Shown here in pieces: positions 11,820 through 25,300 of a stretch of DNA of 64,000 nucleotides. This DNA comes from Macrostomum lignano (lineage: Eukaryota). Each line of letters begins with the position of its first letter. Position 1 is the first letter of the stretch. The translations under genes and the position numbers were made by a program. The stretch covers positions 1 through 64,000 of the forward strand of contig NIVC01000468.1 in the NCBI GenBank assembly GCA_002269645.1, given 5' to 3'. A model generated the notes under the pieces. The model was not told where the DNA came from. It ran no database searches and saw only the letters and a list, made by a program, of their open reading frames with translations.

Positions 11820-12275
11820 TAGGAGAGAGGGGAGGTGAGGGGAGGAGAGGAGAGGAGAGGAGAGGAGAGGAGAGGAGAGGAGAGGAGAGGAGAGGAGAGG
11901 AGAGGAGAGGAGAGGAGAGGTGAAGAGAGGAGAGGTGAAGAGAGGAGAGGTGAAGAGAGGAGAGGTATAGAGAGGAGAGGTGAGAAGAGGAAATATGAGG
12001 AGAAGAGGAGAGATGAGAAGAGGAAAGATGAGGAGAAGAGGAGAGATAAGAGGAAAGATGAGGAGAAGATTAGAGATGAGGAGAAGAGGATATGAGGAGA
12101 GGAGAGGAGAGGAGAGGATGTGAGGAGAGCAGAGGATATGAGGAGAGCAGAGGATGTGAGGAGAGCAGAGGATATGAGGAGAGCAGAGGATATGAGGAGA
12201 GCAGAGGATATGAGGAGAGCAGAGGATATGAGGAGAGCAGAGGATATGAGGAGAGGATAGGGGGAGGCGGAGAGG
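11820..12275 (+). repeat. (AGAGG)n-derived purine-rich array with an 18-bp subarray (GAGGAGAGCAGAGGATAT)
   Basis: Direct reading of the sequence. Confidence 0.93.
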
Positions 12276-12572
12276 AGAAGAGATTGGATAAAACAATCAA
12301 AAAAACAAAAAGGCACTTGAAAAAAAATTATTGGTACAAGTGGTACAAGGGCGCCACTACAATCCCCCTAGTCCAATTTCCGCGCACACAAGCCCCAAAT
12401 GAATGTGGCTGCACACATCAAACCAAGGGATCGTGTCGCGAAAGTTAGACGCGTTTTCAGAGAGTCAGTGCACTCAGTAATGATGTCCTCTTTTAACCTG
12501 TTACTATGACCACAACAAATCGAGTTATTTATAGCCATCGTACGCAACATCTTACAGTCACTTTAAACTTAC

Positions 12573-12691
12573 CAGTCTTGTACAGCATTGAACGATTCCT
12601 CATTGGTGACATCGTACATCAGAATGAAGCCCATTGCGCCACGGTAATAGGCGGTGGTGATTGTGCGGTAGCGCTCCTGGCCGGCGGTGTC
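12573..12691 (-). CDS. Rab3: Rab3 exon 2 ([39 protein letters not shown])
   Basis: G3 motif DTAGQ plus RabF motifs. Acceptor CAAAG|GAC, donor TG|GTAAG; 119 nt. Confidence 0.97.
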
Positions 12692-12894
12692 CTTTGTTTG
12701 AAAAGTATAAAAATGCAGAAATAGAATAACAGAATTCAGCAGTAAGTCTGTCATAACAAAATGAATTGAGAGCTGAGAGTTTACAAAAATCGTAGAGACA
12801 AAAAAACATTTAAAGACATTTAAATACAGGAAGCAGTAGATACTCAGTCAATGATTGATTAATAACGTCAGTTAATATAATGTAAAGAACTGAT

Positions 12895-13672
12895 ATAGAA
12901 AGGAGGGGAAGCATGAGAAGAGAGAAAAAAGAAAAGGGAGTGTAGAGATGAGAAAGGGGAGAGAAGAGTAGAAAATATAGGGGAGAGTGAAGAAGATAAG
13001 ATAAGAGGAGAGGAGAGGAGAGGAGAGAGGAGAGGATATGAGAGGAGAGGGGAGAAGAGAATATGCGAGAAGAGGGGAGGAAAGGAGAGGAGAGGATATG
13101 AGAGGAGAGGGGAGGAAAGGAGAGGAGAGGATATGCGAGAAGAGGGGAGGAAAGGAGAGGAGAGGATATGAGAGGAGAGGAGAGGATATGAGAGGAGAAG
13201 GGGAGGAGAGGATATGCGAGAAGAGGGGAGGAAAGGAGAGGAGAGGATATGAGAGGAGAGGGGAGGAAAGGAGAGGAGAAGAGAGGAGAGGATATGAGAG
13301 GAGAGGGGAGGAAAGGAGAGGAGAGGATATGCAAGAAGAGGGGAGGAAAGGAGAGGAGAGGATATGCGAGAAGAGGGGAGGAAAGGAGAGGAGAGGATAT
13401 GAGAGGAGAGGAGAGGATATGAGAGGAGAAGGGGAGGAGAGGATATGCGAGAAGAGGGGAGGAAAGGAGAGGAGAGGATATGAGAGGAGAGGGGAGGAAA
13501 GGAGAGGAGAAGAGAGGAGAGGATATGAGAGGAGAAGGGGAGGAGAGGATATGCGAGAAGAGGGGAGGAAAGGAGAGGAGATGATATGAGAGGTGAAGGG
13601 AGGAAAGGAGAGGAGAGGGGAGGAGAGGATAAGAGGAGAAAATATGAGACGAGAGCATAGGGGAGGCGGAGG
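12895..13672 (+). repeat. Complex purine-rich (AGAGG-based) higher-order array
   Basis: Blocks of GAGGATATGCGAGAAGAGGGGAGGAAAGGAGAG recur. Confidence 0.92.
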
Positions 13673-14273
13673 GTAGAAGAAGTCGGTAAAAATAATCAAG
13701 AAGCTAAAAAAGCACTTTGAAAAAATATTCACTCCAGTGGAAGTGGATCAGAACATCGATGTCCAACTTACATAAGAACATTATCAAGTACTGTTAAAAC
13801 TGACAGGTAGTGTAAACACCTTAATTACAGGCTGTGCCAATATTATAGGCCTAGGAGGTACAGATTGGAACAAGGGACAGCAGTCGCAGGCAAAAGAGGG
13901 TAAAAGAGAGCAGTCGAGCTTGCTGCAGAGTCAGCTCAAAGCGACCCCGGGTAATACGATACCCAGGGGGAGCGGGATCGAGAAAAGGCACCGGGCTCAG
14001 TAATGGGACGGGAAATGTGGGAAAATGAGGGTTGTGTGCACTGAGAGAGGAAAATGGGGAGCAGGGGGGCACAGCATTTATCCTCCTGCACACGTAGCTT
14101 TAGCAAAGGGTGCGGGAGGATTCCCAGGATTGTCGGCGAGTGATGAGGCCGGGGGAAGCTGGACAAAAAAGAGAGATGTGGAGCGGACCATCCTCAAATA
14201 GCTGCGGGCAGGCTAGATGCGCCTGGAAATTGGGAAATAAGCCCAATGCTGGAAAAGAAAAGGGAAAGGGATA

Positions 14274-14276
<3 letters not shown>

Positions 14277-14325
<49 letters not shown>
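14277..14325 (+). repeat. (GA)n microsatellite
   Basis: Direct reading of the sequence. Confidence 0.97.
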
Positions 14326-14327
<2 letters not shown>

Positions 14328-15029
14328 CCTCCCGCTCCTACTGATTGGGAATTAGTCCGGGCCACAGACTCACACATATTATGCTCGCGGAGAGCCTGAA
14401 TATGGGTAGCTCAGCTGTCGCTAATTACCATACTATTCCAAATTATACCATACTAACCTATACCATACCATACCAGGGCCACTCTCCCAATTCCCTTCAA
14501 AGTCCGAAAGGACAGCTGACACACAAGGCACACAAAAATGGTATTAGAGAAGGTACAACGAACCTTTTTTGGACTTACCGTTATACTCCAATAGCCTATT
14601 GTCTCCCCCTATTTCTCTCCCCTACCCTCTCTGCGGATCTCGCACAGCAGCTGTGATCGGCATATGGTCTTGACCACGCATGGCGAGAGCACTCAGCCAA
14701 CACACCCACCTCCACGTCGGCCGCATGCTGCTCTGTTTGCTGCATAACTACTCTAGCAACCCTACTGACAGTGGAAAGCATGGCGTTTACAGTTGCTGTG
14801 CACTTTATCTCTTTCTCTCTCTCCCCTCTCAGTCAAAAAAAGGAATTCGCTTTGCTCAGCACAAGGTGGGGGAGGAGCGGAGAACAAAAATGCGCGGAAG
14901 AGAGAAAGCAAAAGTTCTGGGTTAGGGAAAAGTTTGGGAAAAAAATTGAGGAAATTAATCGGCGAGTAAAATGACGCGGAGAAAAGAATTTGCACTTATC
15001 CGTTTTCAAGCACATTTAAAACAGCATTC

Positions 15030-16255
15030 TGATCCCAGGATTCAAAATCCTGACATTGGATACAAAATCCTGACATGGGATTCAAAATCCTGACATTGGA
15101 TACAAAATTCTGACATGGGATTCAAAATCCTGATCCCCGGATTCAAAATCCTGACATGGGATCCAAAACCCTGACATGGGATATTCAAAACCCTGACATG
15201 GGACTCAAAACTCTGACATGGGATTCAAAATCCTGACATTGGATACAAAATTCTGACATGGGATTCAAAATCCTGATCCCCGGATTCAAAATCCTGACAT
15301 GGGATCCAAAACCCTGACATGGGATATTCAAAACCCTGACATGGGACTCAAAACTCTGACATGGGATTTAAAATCCTGACATGGGATATTCAAAATCCTG
15401 ACAAGGGATTCAAAACCCTGACATGGGATTCAAAATCCTGACATGGGATTCAAAATCCTGACATGGGATTCAAAACCCTGACATGGGATTCAAAATCCTG
15501 ACATGGGATATTCAAAATCCTGACATGGGATATTCAAAATCCTGACATGGGATATTCAAAATCCTGACATGGGATATTCAAAATCCTGACATGGGATTCA
15601 AAACCCTGACATGGGATATCCAAAACCCTGGCATGGAATATCCAAAACCCTGACATGGGATCCAAAACCCTGACATGGGATATTCAAAATCCTGACATGG
15701 GATATCCAAAACCCTGACATGGGATTCAAAATCCTGACATGGGATCGATCCAAAACCCTGACATGGGATCCAAAATCCTGACATGGGATATTCAAAATCC
15801 TGACATGGGATCGAAAACCCTGATATGGGATATTCAAAATCCTGACATGGGATATTCAAAATCCTGACATGGGATCCAAAACCCTGATATGGGATATTCA
15901 AAATCCTGACATGGGATATTCAAAATCCTGACAAGGGATTCAAAACCCTGACATGGGATTCAAAATCCTGACATGGGATATTCGAAATCCTGACATGGGA
16001 GATTCAAAATCCTGACATGGGATTCAAAACCCTGACATGGGATATCCAAAACCCTGGCATGGAATATCCAAAACCCTGACATGGGATCCAAAACCCTGAC
16101 ATGGGATATTCAAAATCCTGACATGGGATCCAAAACCCTGACATGGGATCCAAAACCCTGACATGGGATATTCAAAATCCTGACATGGGATATCCAAAAC
16201 CCTGACATGGGATTTAAAATCCTGACATGGGATCGATCCAAAACCCTGACATGGA
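15030..16255 (+). repeat. 20-22-bp minisatellite (TCAAAATCCTGACATGGGAT[AT]) in Rab3 intron 1
   Basis: Direct reading; the array ends ~40 nt from the exon 1 donor. Confidence 0.96.
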
Positions 16256-16296
16256 TTTTGATGACAGTTTCCCAACAGTCCCCGATCCGCACTCAC

Positions 16297-16500
16297 CCAG
16301 ATCTGCAGTTTGACGCGCTTATCCTGTCTGAAAACGGTCTTCACTTTGAAGTCGATACCAACAGTGGACACGAAGGCGGATGTGAAGGAGTCGTCAGCAT
16401 ACCGGAACAGGAAGGAGGTCTTGCCAACAGATGAGTTGCCAATAATTAACAGTTTGAACATGTAGTCAAAGTTCTGATCGGCTGCATCGCGACTGCCCAT
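16297..16500 (-). CDS. Rab3: Rab3 exon 1 ([68 protein letters not shown])
   Basis: P-loop GNSSVGKT and the Rab3-diagnostic DQNFDYMFK and [13 protein letters not shown]. Donor TGG|GTGAGT at 16296; 204 nt. Confidence 0.98.
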
Positions 16501-16711
16501 CTTTATTAATTGTTTGCTTGCTTTAAATCGCTAGCCCGAGTTTATTAACTAATTAAGCAGGTAGGCCTTAAGTAAGTTTTAATTGCAGCGCGGTATTACC
16601 AGTGCCACTCTGAAATTGACAGGGAGTAAAGATATATGCGCTGGCAAAATGCTTTTTTATATCTTAGTCACATTAGTTATAGTGATCATGATTACTGAAG
16701 TGTGACAAAAA

Positions 16712-19700
16712 GTCTGAGGACTGGGATGACAACTGGTAGCACAGCCTGAGAACTGGGATGACAGCTGGTAGCACAGCCTGAGAACTGGGATGACAACTGG
16801 TAGCACAGCCTGAGAACTGGGATGACAACTGGTAGCACAGCCTGAGAACTGGGATGACAACTGGTAGCACAGCCTGAGAACTGGGATGACAACTGGTAGC
16901 ACAGCCTGAGAACTGGGATGACAACTGGTAGCACAGCCTGAGAACTGGGATGACAACTGGTAGCACAGCCTGAGAACTGGGATGACAACTGGTAGCACAG
17001 CCTGAGAACTGGGATGACAACTGGTAGCACAGTCTGAGAACTGGGATGACAACTGGTAGCACAGCCTGAGAACTGGGATGACAACTGGTAGCACAGCCTG
17101 AGAACTGGGATGACAACTGGTAGCACAGCCTGAGAACTGGGATGACAACTGGTAGCACAGCCTGAGAACTGGGATGACAACTGGTAGCACAGCCTGAGAA
17201 CTGGGATGACAACTGGTAGCACAGTCTGAGAACTGGGATGACAGCTGGTAGCACAGCCTGAGAACTGGGATGACAACTGGTAGCACAGCCTGAGAACTGG
17301 GATGACAACTGGTAGCACAGTCTGAGAACTGGGATGACAACTGGTAGCACAGTCTGAGAACTGGGATGACAACTGGTAGCACAGCCTGAGAACTGGGATG
17401 ACAGCTGGTAGCACAGTCTGAGAACTGGGATGACAACTGGTAGCACAGCCTGAGAACTGGGATGACAGCTGGTAGCACAGCCTGAGAACTGGGATGACAA
17501 CTGGTAGCACAGCCTGAGAACTGGGATGACAACTGGTAGCACAGCCTGAGAACTGGGATGACAACTGGTAGCACAGCCTGAGAACTGGGATGACAACTGG
17601 TAGCAAAGCCTGAGAACTGGGATGACAACTGGTAGCACAGCCTGAGAACTGGGATGACAACTGGTAGCACAGCCTGAGAACTGGGATGACAACTGGTAGC
17701 ACAGCCTGAGAACTGGGATGACAACTGGTAGCACAGCCTGAGAACTGGGATGACAACTGGTAGCACAGTCTGAGAACTGGGATGACAACTGGTAGCACAG
17801 CCTGAGAACTGGGATGACAACTGGTAGCACAGCCTGAGAACTGGGATGACAACTGGTAGCACAGCCTGAGAACTGGGATGACAACTGGTAGCACAGCCTG
17901 AGAACTGGGATGACAACTGGTAGCACAGCCTGAGAACTGGGATGACAACTGGTAGCACAGCCTGAGAACTGGGATGACAACTGGTAGCACAGTCTGAGAA
18001 CTGGGATGACAGCTGGTAGCACAGCCTGAGAACTGGGATGACAACTGGTAGCACAGCCTGAGAACTGGGATGACAACTGGTAGCACAGTCTGAGAACTGG
18101 GATGACAACTGGTAGCACAGTCTGAGAACTGGGATGACAACTGGTAGCACAGCCTGAGAACTGGGATGACAGCTGGTAGCACAGTCTGAGAACTGGGATG
18201 ACAACTGGTAGCACAGCCTGAGAACTGGGATGACAACTGGTAGCACAGCCTGAGAACTGGGTTGACAACTGGTAGCACAGTCTGAGAACTGGGATGACAA
18301 CTGGTAGCACAGTCTGAGAACTGGGATGACAACTGGTAGCACAGCCTGAGAACTATGATGACAGCTGGTAGCACAATCTGAGAACTGGGATGACATTTGG
18401 TAGCACAGTCTGAGAACTGGGATGACAACTGGTAGCACAGCCTGAGAACTGGGATGACAACTGGTAGCACAGCCTGAGAACTGGGATGACAGCTGGTAGC
18501 ACAGTCTGAGAACTGGGATGACAACTGGTAGCACAGCCTGAGAACTGGGATGACAACTGGTAGCACAGCCTGAGAACTGGGTTGACAACTGGTAGCACAG
18601 CCTGAGAACTGGGATGACAACTGGTAGCATAGCCTGAGAACTGGGATGACAACTGGTAGCACAGTCTGAGAACTGGGATGACAGCTGGTAGCACAGCCTG
18701 AGAACTGGGATGACAACTGGTAGCACAGCCTGAGAACTGGGATGACAACTGGTAGCACAGCCTGAGAACTGGGATGACAACTGGTAGCACAGCCTGAGAA
18801 CTGGGATGACAACTGGTAGCACAGTCTGAGAACTGGGATGACAACTGGTAGCACAGTCAGAGAACTGGGAAAACTCTAGAGCTGACAGCACAGCCTGAGA
18901 ACTGGGAAAACTCGAGAGCTGACAGCACAGCCTGAGAACTGGGAAAACTCGAGAGCTGACAGCACAGCCTGAGAACTGGGATGACAACTGGTAGCACAGC
19001 CTGAGAACTGGGATGACAACTGGTAGCACAGCCTGAGAACTGGGATGACAACTGGTAGCACAGCCTGAGAACTGGGATGACAACTGGTAGCACAGTCAGA
19101 GAACTGGGAAAACTCGAGAGCTGACAGCACAACCTGAGAACTGGGAAAACTCGAGAGCTGACAGCACAGCCTGAGAACTGGGAAAACTCGAGAGCTGACA
19201 GCACAGCCTGAGAACTGGGAAAACTCGAGAGCTGACAGCACAGCCTGAGAACTGGGAAAACTCAGAGCTGACAGCACAGCCTGAGAACTGGGAAAACTCG
19301 AGAGCTGACAGCACAACCTGAGAACTGGGAAAACTCGAGAGCTGACAGCACAACCTGAGAACTGGGAAAACTCGAGAGCTGACAGCACAACCTGAGAACT
19401 GGGAAAACTCGAGAGCTGACAGCACCACCTGAGAACTGGGAAAACTCGAGAGCTGACAGCACAACCTGAGAACTGGGAAAACTCGAGAGCTGACAGCACA
19501 ACCTGAGAACTGGGAAAACTCGAGAGCTGACAGCACAACCTGAGAACTGGGAAAACTCGAGAGCTGACAGCACAACCTGAGAACTGGGAAAACTCGAGAG
19601 CTGACAGCACAGCCTGAGAACTGGGAAAACTCGAGAGCTGACAGCACAACCTGAGAACTGGGAAAACTCGAGAGCTGACAGCACAGCCTGAGAACTGGGA

Positions 19701-20568
19701 AAACTCGAGAGCTGACAGCACAGCCTGAGAACTGGGAAAACTCGAGAGCTGACAGCACAGCCTGAGAACTGGGAAAACTCGAGAGCTGACAGCACAACCT
19801 GAGAACTGGGAAAACTCGAGAGCTGACAGCACAACCTGAGAACTGGGAAAACTCGAGAGCTGACAGCACAACCTGAGAACTGGGAAAACTCGAGAGCTGA
19901 CAGCACCACCTGAGAACTGGGAAAACTCGAGAGCTGACAGCACAACCTGAGAACTGGGAAAACTCGAGAGCTGACAGCACAACCTGAGAACTGGGAAAAC
20001 TCGAGAGCTGACAGCACAACCTGAGAACTGGGAAAACTCGAGAGCTGACAGCACAACCTGAGAACTGGGAAAACTCGAGAGCTGACAGCACAGCCTGAGA
20101 ACTGGGAAAACTCGAGAGCTGACAGCACAACCTGAGAACTGGGAAAACTCGAGAGCTGACAGCACAGCCTGAGAACTGGGAAAACTCGAGAGCTGACAGC
20201 ACAACCTGAGAACTGGGAAAACTCGAGAGCTGACAGCACCACCTCAGAACTGGGAAAACTCGAGAGCTGACAGCACCACCTCAGAACTGGGAAAACTCGA
20301 GAGCTGACAGCACCACCTGAGAACTGGGAAAACTCGAGAGCTGACAGCACAACCTGAGAACTGGGAAAACTCGAGAGCTGACAGCACAACCTGAGAACTG
20401 GGAAAACTCGAGAGCTGACAGCACCACCTGAGAACTGGGAAAACTCGAGAGCTGACAGCACCACCTCAGAACTGGGAAAACTCGAGAGCTGGCAGCACAG
20501 CCTGAGAACTGGGAAAACTCGAGAGCTGACAGCACCACCTGAGAACTGGGAAAACTCGAGAGCTGACA
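16712..20568 (+). repeat. Compound satellite of related 32-bp (A) and 37-bp (B) units
   Basis: A = GAGAACTGGGATGACAACTGGTAGCACAGCCT (period 32). B = GAGAACTGGGAAAACTCGAGAGCTGACAGCACAACCT (period 37). Order: A(n)-B3-A4-B(n). Confidence 0.98.
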
Positions 20569-22034
20569 ACCCAGCAACCCATACTTAAAAGCCAGAAAGA
20601 CTGCAGTAATAAAAGCCTCAGTCAAAAGACATTCTCTTTTATTAGAAGCGATGCAACGCACAGACGGCATATTAGATCGATTCGGTGGCAGCGAGAAAAG
20701 TAAAAGCCGAAAGCGAGCAGTTCCTCAAGTCTCTCCCTCTTTTGAGTCTGACTCTGCACTCCGCTATCTCAAAAGTGAACCTCAATCAAGCCGACTCAAC
20801 TTCTATCCCGAGACCCAACCCTGCGAGAAAGAAATTGCGGCCTAGGGAATTAAGCTAAAAGTTGGAGGAAGAAGGAGTAAAAATTCATCAAAAGAAGTGG
20901 ATTGAAACTCCAACTAGGGGAACAGCGAACTTACCAAAATTTGATCTTCTTCTTCTGCAGTTAAGAAAGTTGCTTACCAAAACAAGTGAATAGTTTAATA
21001 TAAATAACTATGACACGCAAAACTATTATTGTATTCCGACTACTGGGGGTCAGAGAGAGAGAGAGAGAGAAAGGTTACAAACAAGAGAAAATAAATTTTA
21101 GGGCAAACAGAGGAGGAGCAGGAGGAGGAAGGGAAGTCTAAAAACTGACATTTTTATAAACAGCTACGATCGGCATTGGGAGAGAGAAGGCTGGGAGGGG
21201 GGAGACAGCCGGGGATCGATAAACTGCATAGGCAGGCTTGGCTCATGCGATAGCGATTCCTTTCCCTCTCCCGTCCTCACAGCCCGTGGGGCGTTTGGGG
21301 GGATTAGTTGACGAGAACTTGGCTGCGGGAGGGAGGGAGGCGGGTAGGCTAGAGGGGCAGGGGTTGAGCTGCCTTTTTGGGGAGGTGGGGAGAGGAGAGA
21401 ACTAGGGAGAGTAAGACCGGGAGCGGGGCTGTATGCCTAGGATGGCTAGCCCTCTCTCTCTGCAAGGGCGAGTTTGGTACAGCCCAAGCGCGTACAAGGA
21501 CGGCAGCCCTAAGGGATGGCTGCAGCAGGCTGGAGGGGAGCTGGGAGGACTGGCCTAGGAGGGCTGCAGAGCCAGCGAGAGAGAGAGGCTCTGCTTTCAT
21601 GAATTTGACGGATTATCGCTGGGCAATTTTCTTCTTTATTCATTCTTTTCTCTCCCGCCCCCCCCTGGCTTTTGCTTTCTTTTCAATCTACAGAAAACTG
21701 GGGATTTTCTAAGCCGCTCCCCCTTCCATTGGGAGAATGAAGAGATGCCTCAGACAGACAGGAATCTATCGCATCCGGAATCAGAAGTAAATCAGATCAC
21801 AACCGGTGTGTACAACCGCAGCTATAATCTTCCCCGACCGTGTAACCCTCCAGAGCAATAAAACCACGGCGAGCCTGCGCCATTTTGACAAGACATGCTT
21901 TTTGAGCGCTATAGTAGGAATTTGTATTGAGTCACTATGATGTACCAACTATGGAATCTCGACAATTGACATATCTTGACATAGAAACTTTTTACTATTT
22001 CTATAAGCATCTGTCCATTGATACATATTGCCAT

Positions 22035-22315
22035 TTTGATTTATAATTCGTGCAATTTTGATATAAAATTCGTGCCATTTTGATATAAAATTCGTGCCAT
22101 TTTGATATAAAATTCGTGCCATTTTGATATAAAATTCGTGCCATTTTGATATAAAATTCGTGCCATTTTGATATAAAATTCGTGCAATTTTGATATATAA
22201 ATTCGTGCCATTTTGATATAAAATTCGTGCCATTTTGATATAAAATTCGTGCCATTTTGATATAAAATTCGTGCCATTTTGATATAAAATTCGTGCCATT
22301 TTAATATAACTGTTT
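22035..22315 (+). repeat. 22-bp minisatellite (TGATATAAAATTCGTGCCATTT)
   Basis: Period 22 (22081 vs 22103). Confidence 0.96.
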
Positions 22316-25300
22316 GCCATATAACGATCCATAGTCACTAAGACAGACCAAACGCACTGGTTAAAAATAAAATGGTTCAACTATTGTCACTGAAAGCAAG
22401 TTCAAAAGCAAGTGCTGACGGAACTGGGAGCAGGATTAGCAAAGGGGAGAAAGAGAAAATTAGGACAGCGCCAGACAGACACCTCAGACCGCACACAAAC
22501 ACTAGAAGAGGACCGAAGCAACCCCAGACCGTATTAGGGAATTCATGAAGTTTTTCTAGAAACGCCCACACAGGAAATTTGCAACGCACAGCCACTTGTT
22601 AAAACTGCTCGGCCACTGGATTGGAGCCTTTAGATTACCTATTGTTAGGAAGCCCAAACGAGTGCAGGCAGTGAATGACAACAGTTTACTGAGAAAAGAT
22701 CATAACAAATGTGTTGATAAAATCAACCCAGTCCATTCAATATCCTCCCAATTTTAAAATATAGCCAAGAAAAAACGCCATTTTCCCAAGGCCATACAAA
22801 TGTATTCCATTAGCAAATAAAAATGCATGTAGAGAAACGAACTTTTATAGACATACTATGCTACTTACAGTAGAAATATAAAACTTCTATAACCTAAATC
22901 AAAGCAATTAAACATTTTGATGTAGAAAAAAGTTACCATATTAATGCAAAAACTGTATCAAAGTACATTACATTTGAATCTTAATTGGATAGTCCTAAAA
23001 GTCCTAAATCCTAGCTTATATCCTAAATCCTAAGCTTATATCCCAAAGTCCTAAGCTTATGTCATAAAGTCCTAAGCTCATATCTTGATAAAAAACCATG
23101 GCTGCTAGTTCTGCCCTAGACAGAGTAATATTGGCTATAACTAATTTTACAGATGTTGACAAGAATGGCAAGTCTAACTTCATACTTTGACTAGGCCTAG
23201 TACTCCAAATACAAGATTCCTATATCCTTTAAAGTGGGTTTTGACTATTTGATATAGATCATCATAAATTTTATTGTGAGAGCAATCTGCTAGTTGGGAG
23301 GCAACAAAGTTAGAAATAAAAATGTTTGACTGAACTACATTTAGGGTATAACAATCATTATTGTAGATTTCTTTAAAAAATGTTTAAAAAGCATCAACCC
23401 TAAATGCAAGCTATTTAGTCTAAGATATCAGCATCACCTCTGAGCTTTGGCTCAAAGTATCTAAGCAACTCCTCATGAGCCATAGTATTTTAGAAATTCC
23501 CTCATGATCCTTGACATCTCAAGAATTATCTCTATGAGCCAAGGCATCTCAGTAATCACCCATAAGTCTTTATATCTCAACAATCTCCCATGAGCCATAG
23601 AACTTTAGCCTTAGCATCTTAGCAACTCTAATCTACCCATGAGCAAAAATATATACAATATTTCAAGAATAAAAATAGATAGCAATAGGCTAGATATTAC
23701 TAATAATAAAAAACAAGCAAATACATTTATCTTAAAAACTGCAAATATAATCTTATATATAGCCTTTTTATTTTATTCTAGTTAGATTCAAACATTTAGC
23801 AATATGATCATTAAAAAATATAAACAGAATAGAAGCTGATACTGTAAAAAAGTTAAATATTAAATAAAGTTTTTTGAATATATATAATAAGCATATATAT
23901 ACTTTTAAAATATATACTTTTTATTATATTTGAGACATTTAGATTTTGAAAAGATACCTAGTAGAATGGTATTAATACTCACAGAGTTTAAATTTATTCG
24001 AATGATCAATATCAAATGATTAAAAATTTAGCAACCTAGGCCTGCTTAGTATCTTTTCTCTTATATAGTCTTTCTAGTCTTGGACTTTTCCCTCTCAATG
24101 CCAATCATAGCTGCTTATAAAAATGCCAATCATAGCTGCTTATAAAAATGCCAATCTAAACTTCCTATTCTTCTTAGTGGTTTGCTCTATTTTTTCTTTT
24201 ATTTATAACTTTTCTCCCTTTGACCCCCTCATAGTTATTTAGATCAATAATTTTACAATATTGACATTTCTGACTTGGTTTGGTGAGCAAATTTCTTAAC
24301 TGCAGAAGAAGATTAAATTTAAATAAGTTTATTATATGGCAATCAAAAAACTTTTTATTCTATTGTTTTTAAGCTCTTGGCCTATTTGGAGTTTACTTAC
24401 TCTAACAGTTTTTTAAATTCTTTTTTCATAGACATAAGGTTTGAAACTGATATTTCATTTTTAAACATACTACTTAAAAAGTCTATAAATAGCAAAAGAA
24501 GCATAATAAGCAAAGTTTTAATTGTCATATCAAATTTCACTACTTTAATACATTGTCATTTTGATATGTTATAATTTTTGCTCCAGCCCCCATTCAATCA
24601 TATCTGCTTAGTGGGCATGCCGATTTGCTGAGAGGTTGCTTCTTTTGTTTGCATCTCTCTCACACACACACACTTTGCCACTCTACCCTGCCTGGCCCCA
24701 GCCAGCATTGCCCTGCTCCGCACCCGGCGCCTAGCTTTCCAAACTACTACATTTTAAACTAGCGATACTCAAGTGAGCTATAAAGATGGTCTCTTACTAT
24801 GAGGACTCAATTAATTGTAAGCAAATAAAGTGTATAGCTATTAATGATATTCAAACAAGCTTCACAGCTTCTGGCACTGGTAAGAACCCAAGTTTATCCA
24901 TTTCTTTAGCTTTTCTGAGGCCTTGCCATTTGCCAATGACTGTACAATGCTCATACAATTCTCCATAGCTAGAGCATCATCACACCTGACTGTGACCACT
25001 GCAGTATAGCAGCATTGTATATTGCAAATTATTATTTTATCATACTGGTTATTTTATATAGTGTGTACTACCTACAGTATCAAAACTAGAAGCACTTGAG
25101 AGTAATACCACATCTTGAGCTGTAGCATGAACTCGGAGTGTCACAATACTAGATAGAGCAACCTATTATTGCAGAGCATTTTCATGCTTGCTTGTATCTA
25201 TATAAGTACTAGACAGAGCTTCACTACACCTATTATATTACATATAACCTATTGTACTCAAGACTAGGCATTTAAACTGACCCAGGTTATAACAATACCA

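Noticed and set aside
16657-20670. Very long ORFs (up to 808 aa) on the minus strand
   Set aside because: They are translations of the 32/37-bp satellite, open in all three frames because the units lack stops on that strand.
20580-20845. CR1/L2 reverse-transcriptase C-terminal fragment (PYLK...LLEAMQR)
   Set aside because: Resemblance is limited to a few residues and the spacing does not fit, so it is unsupported without a search.
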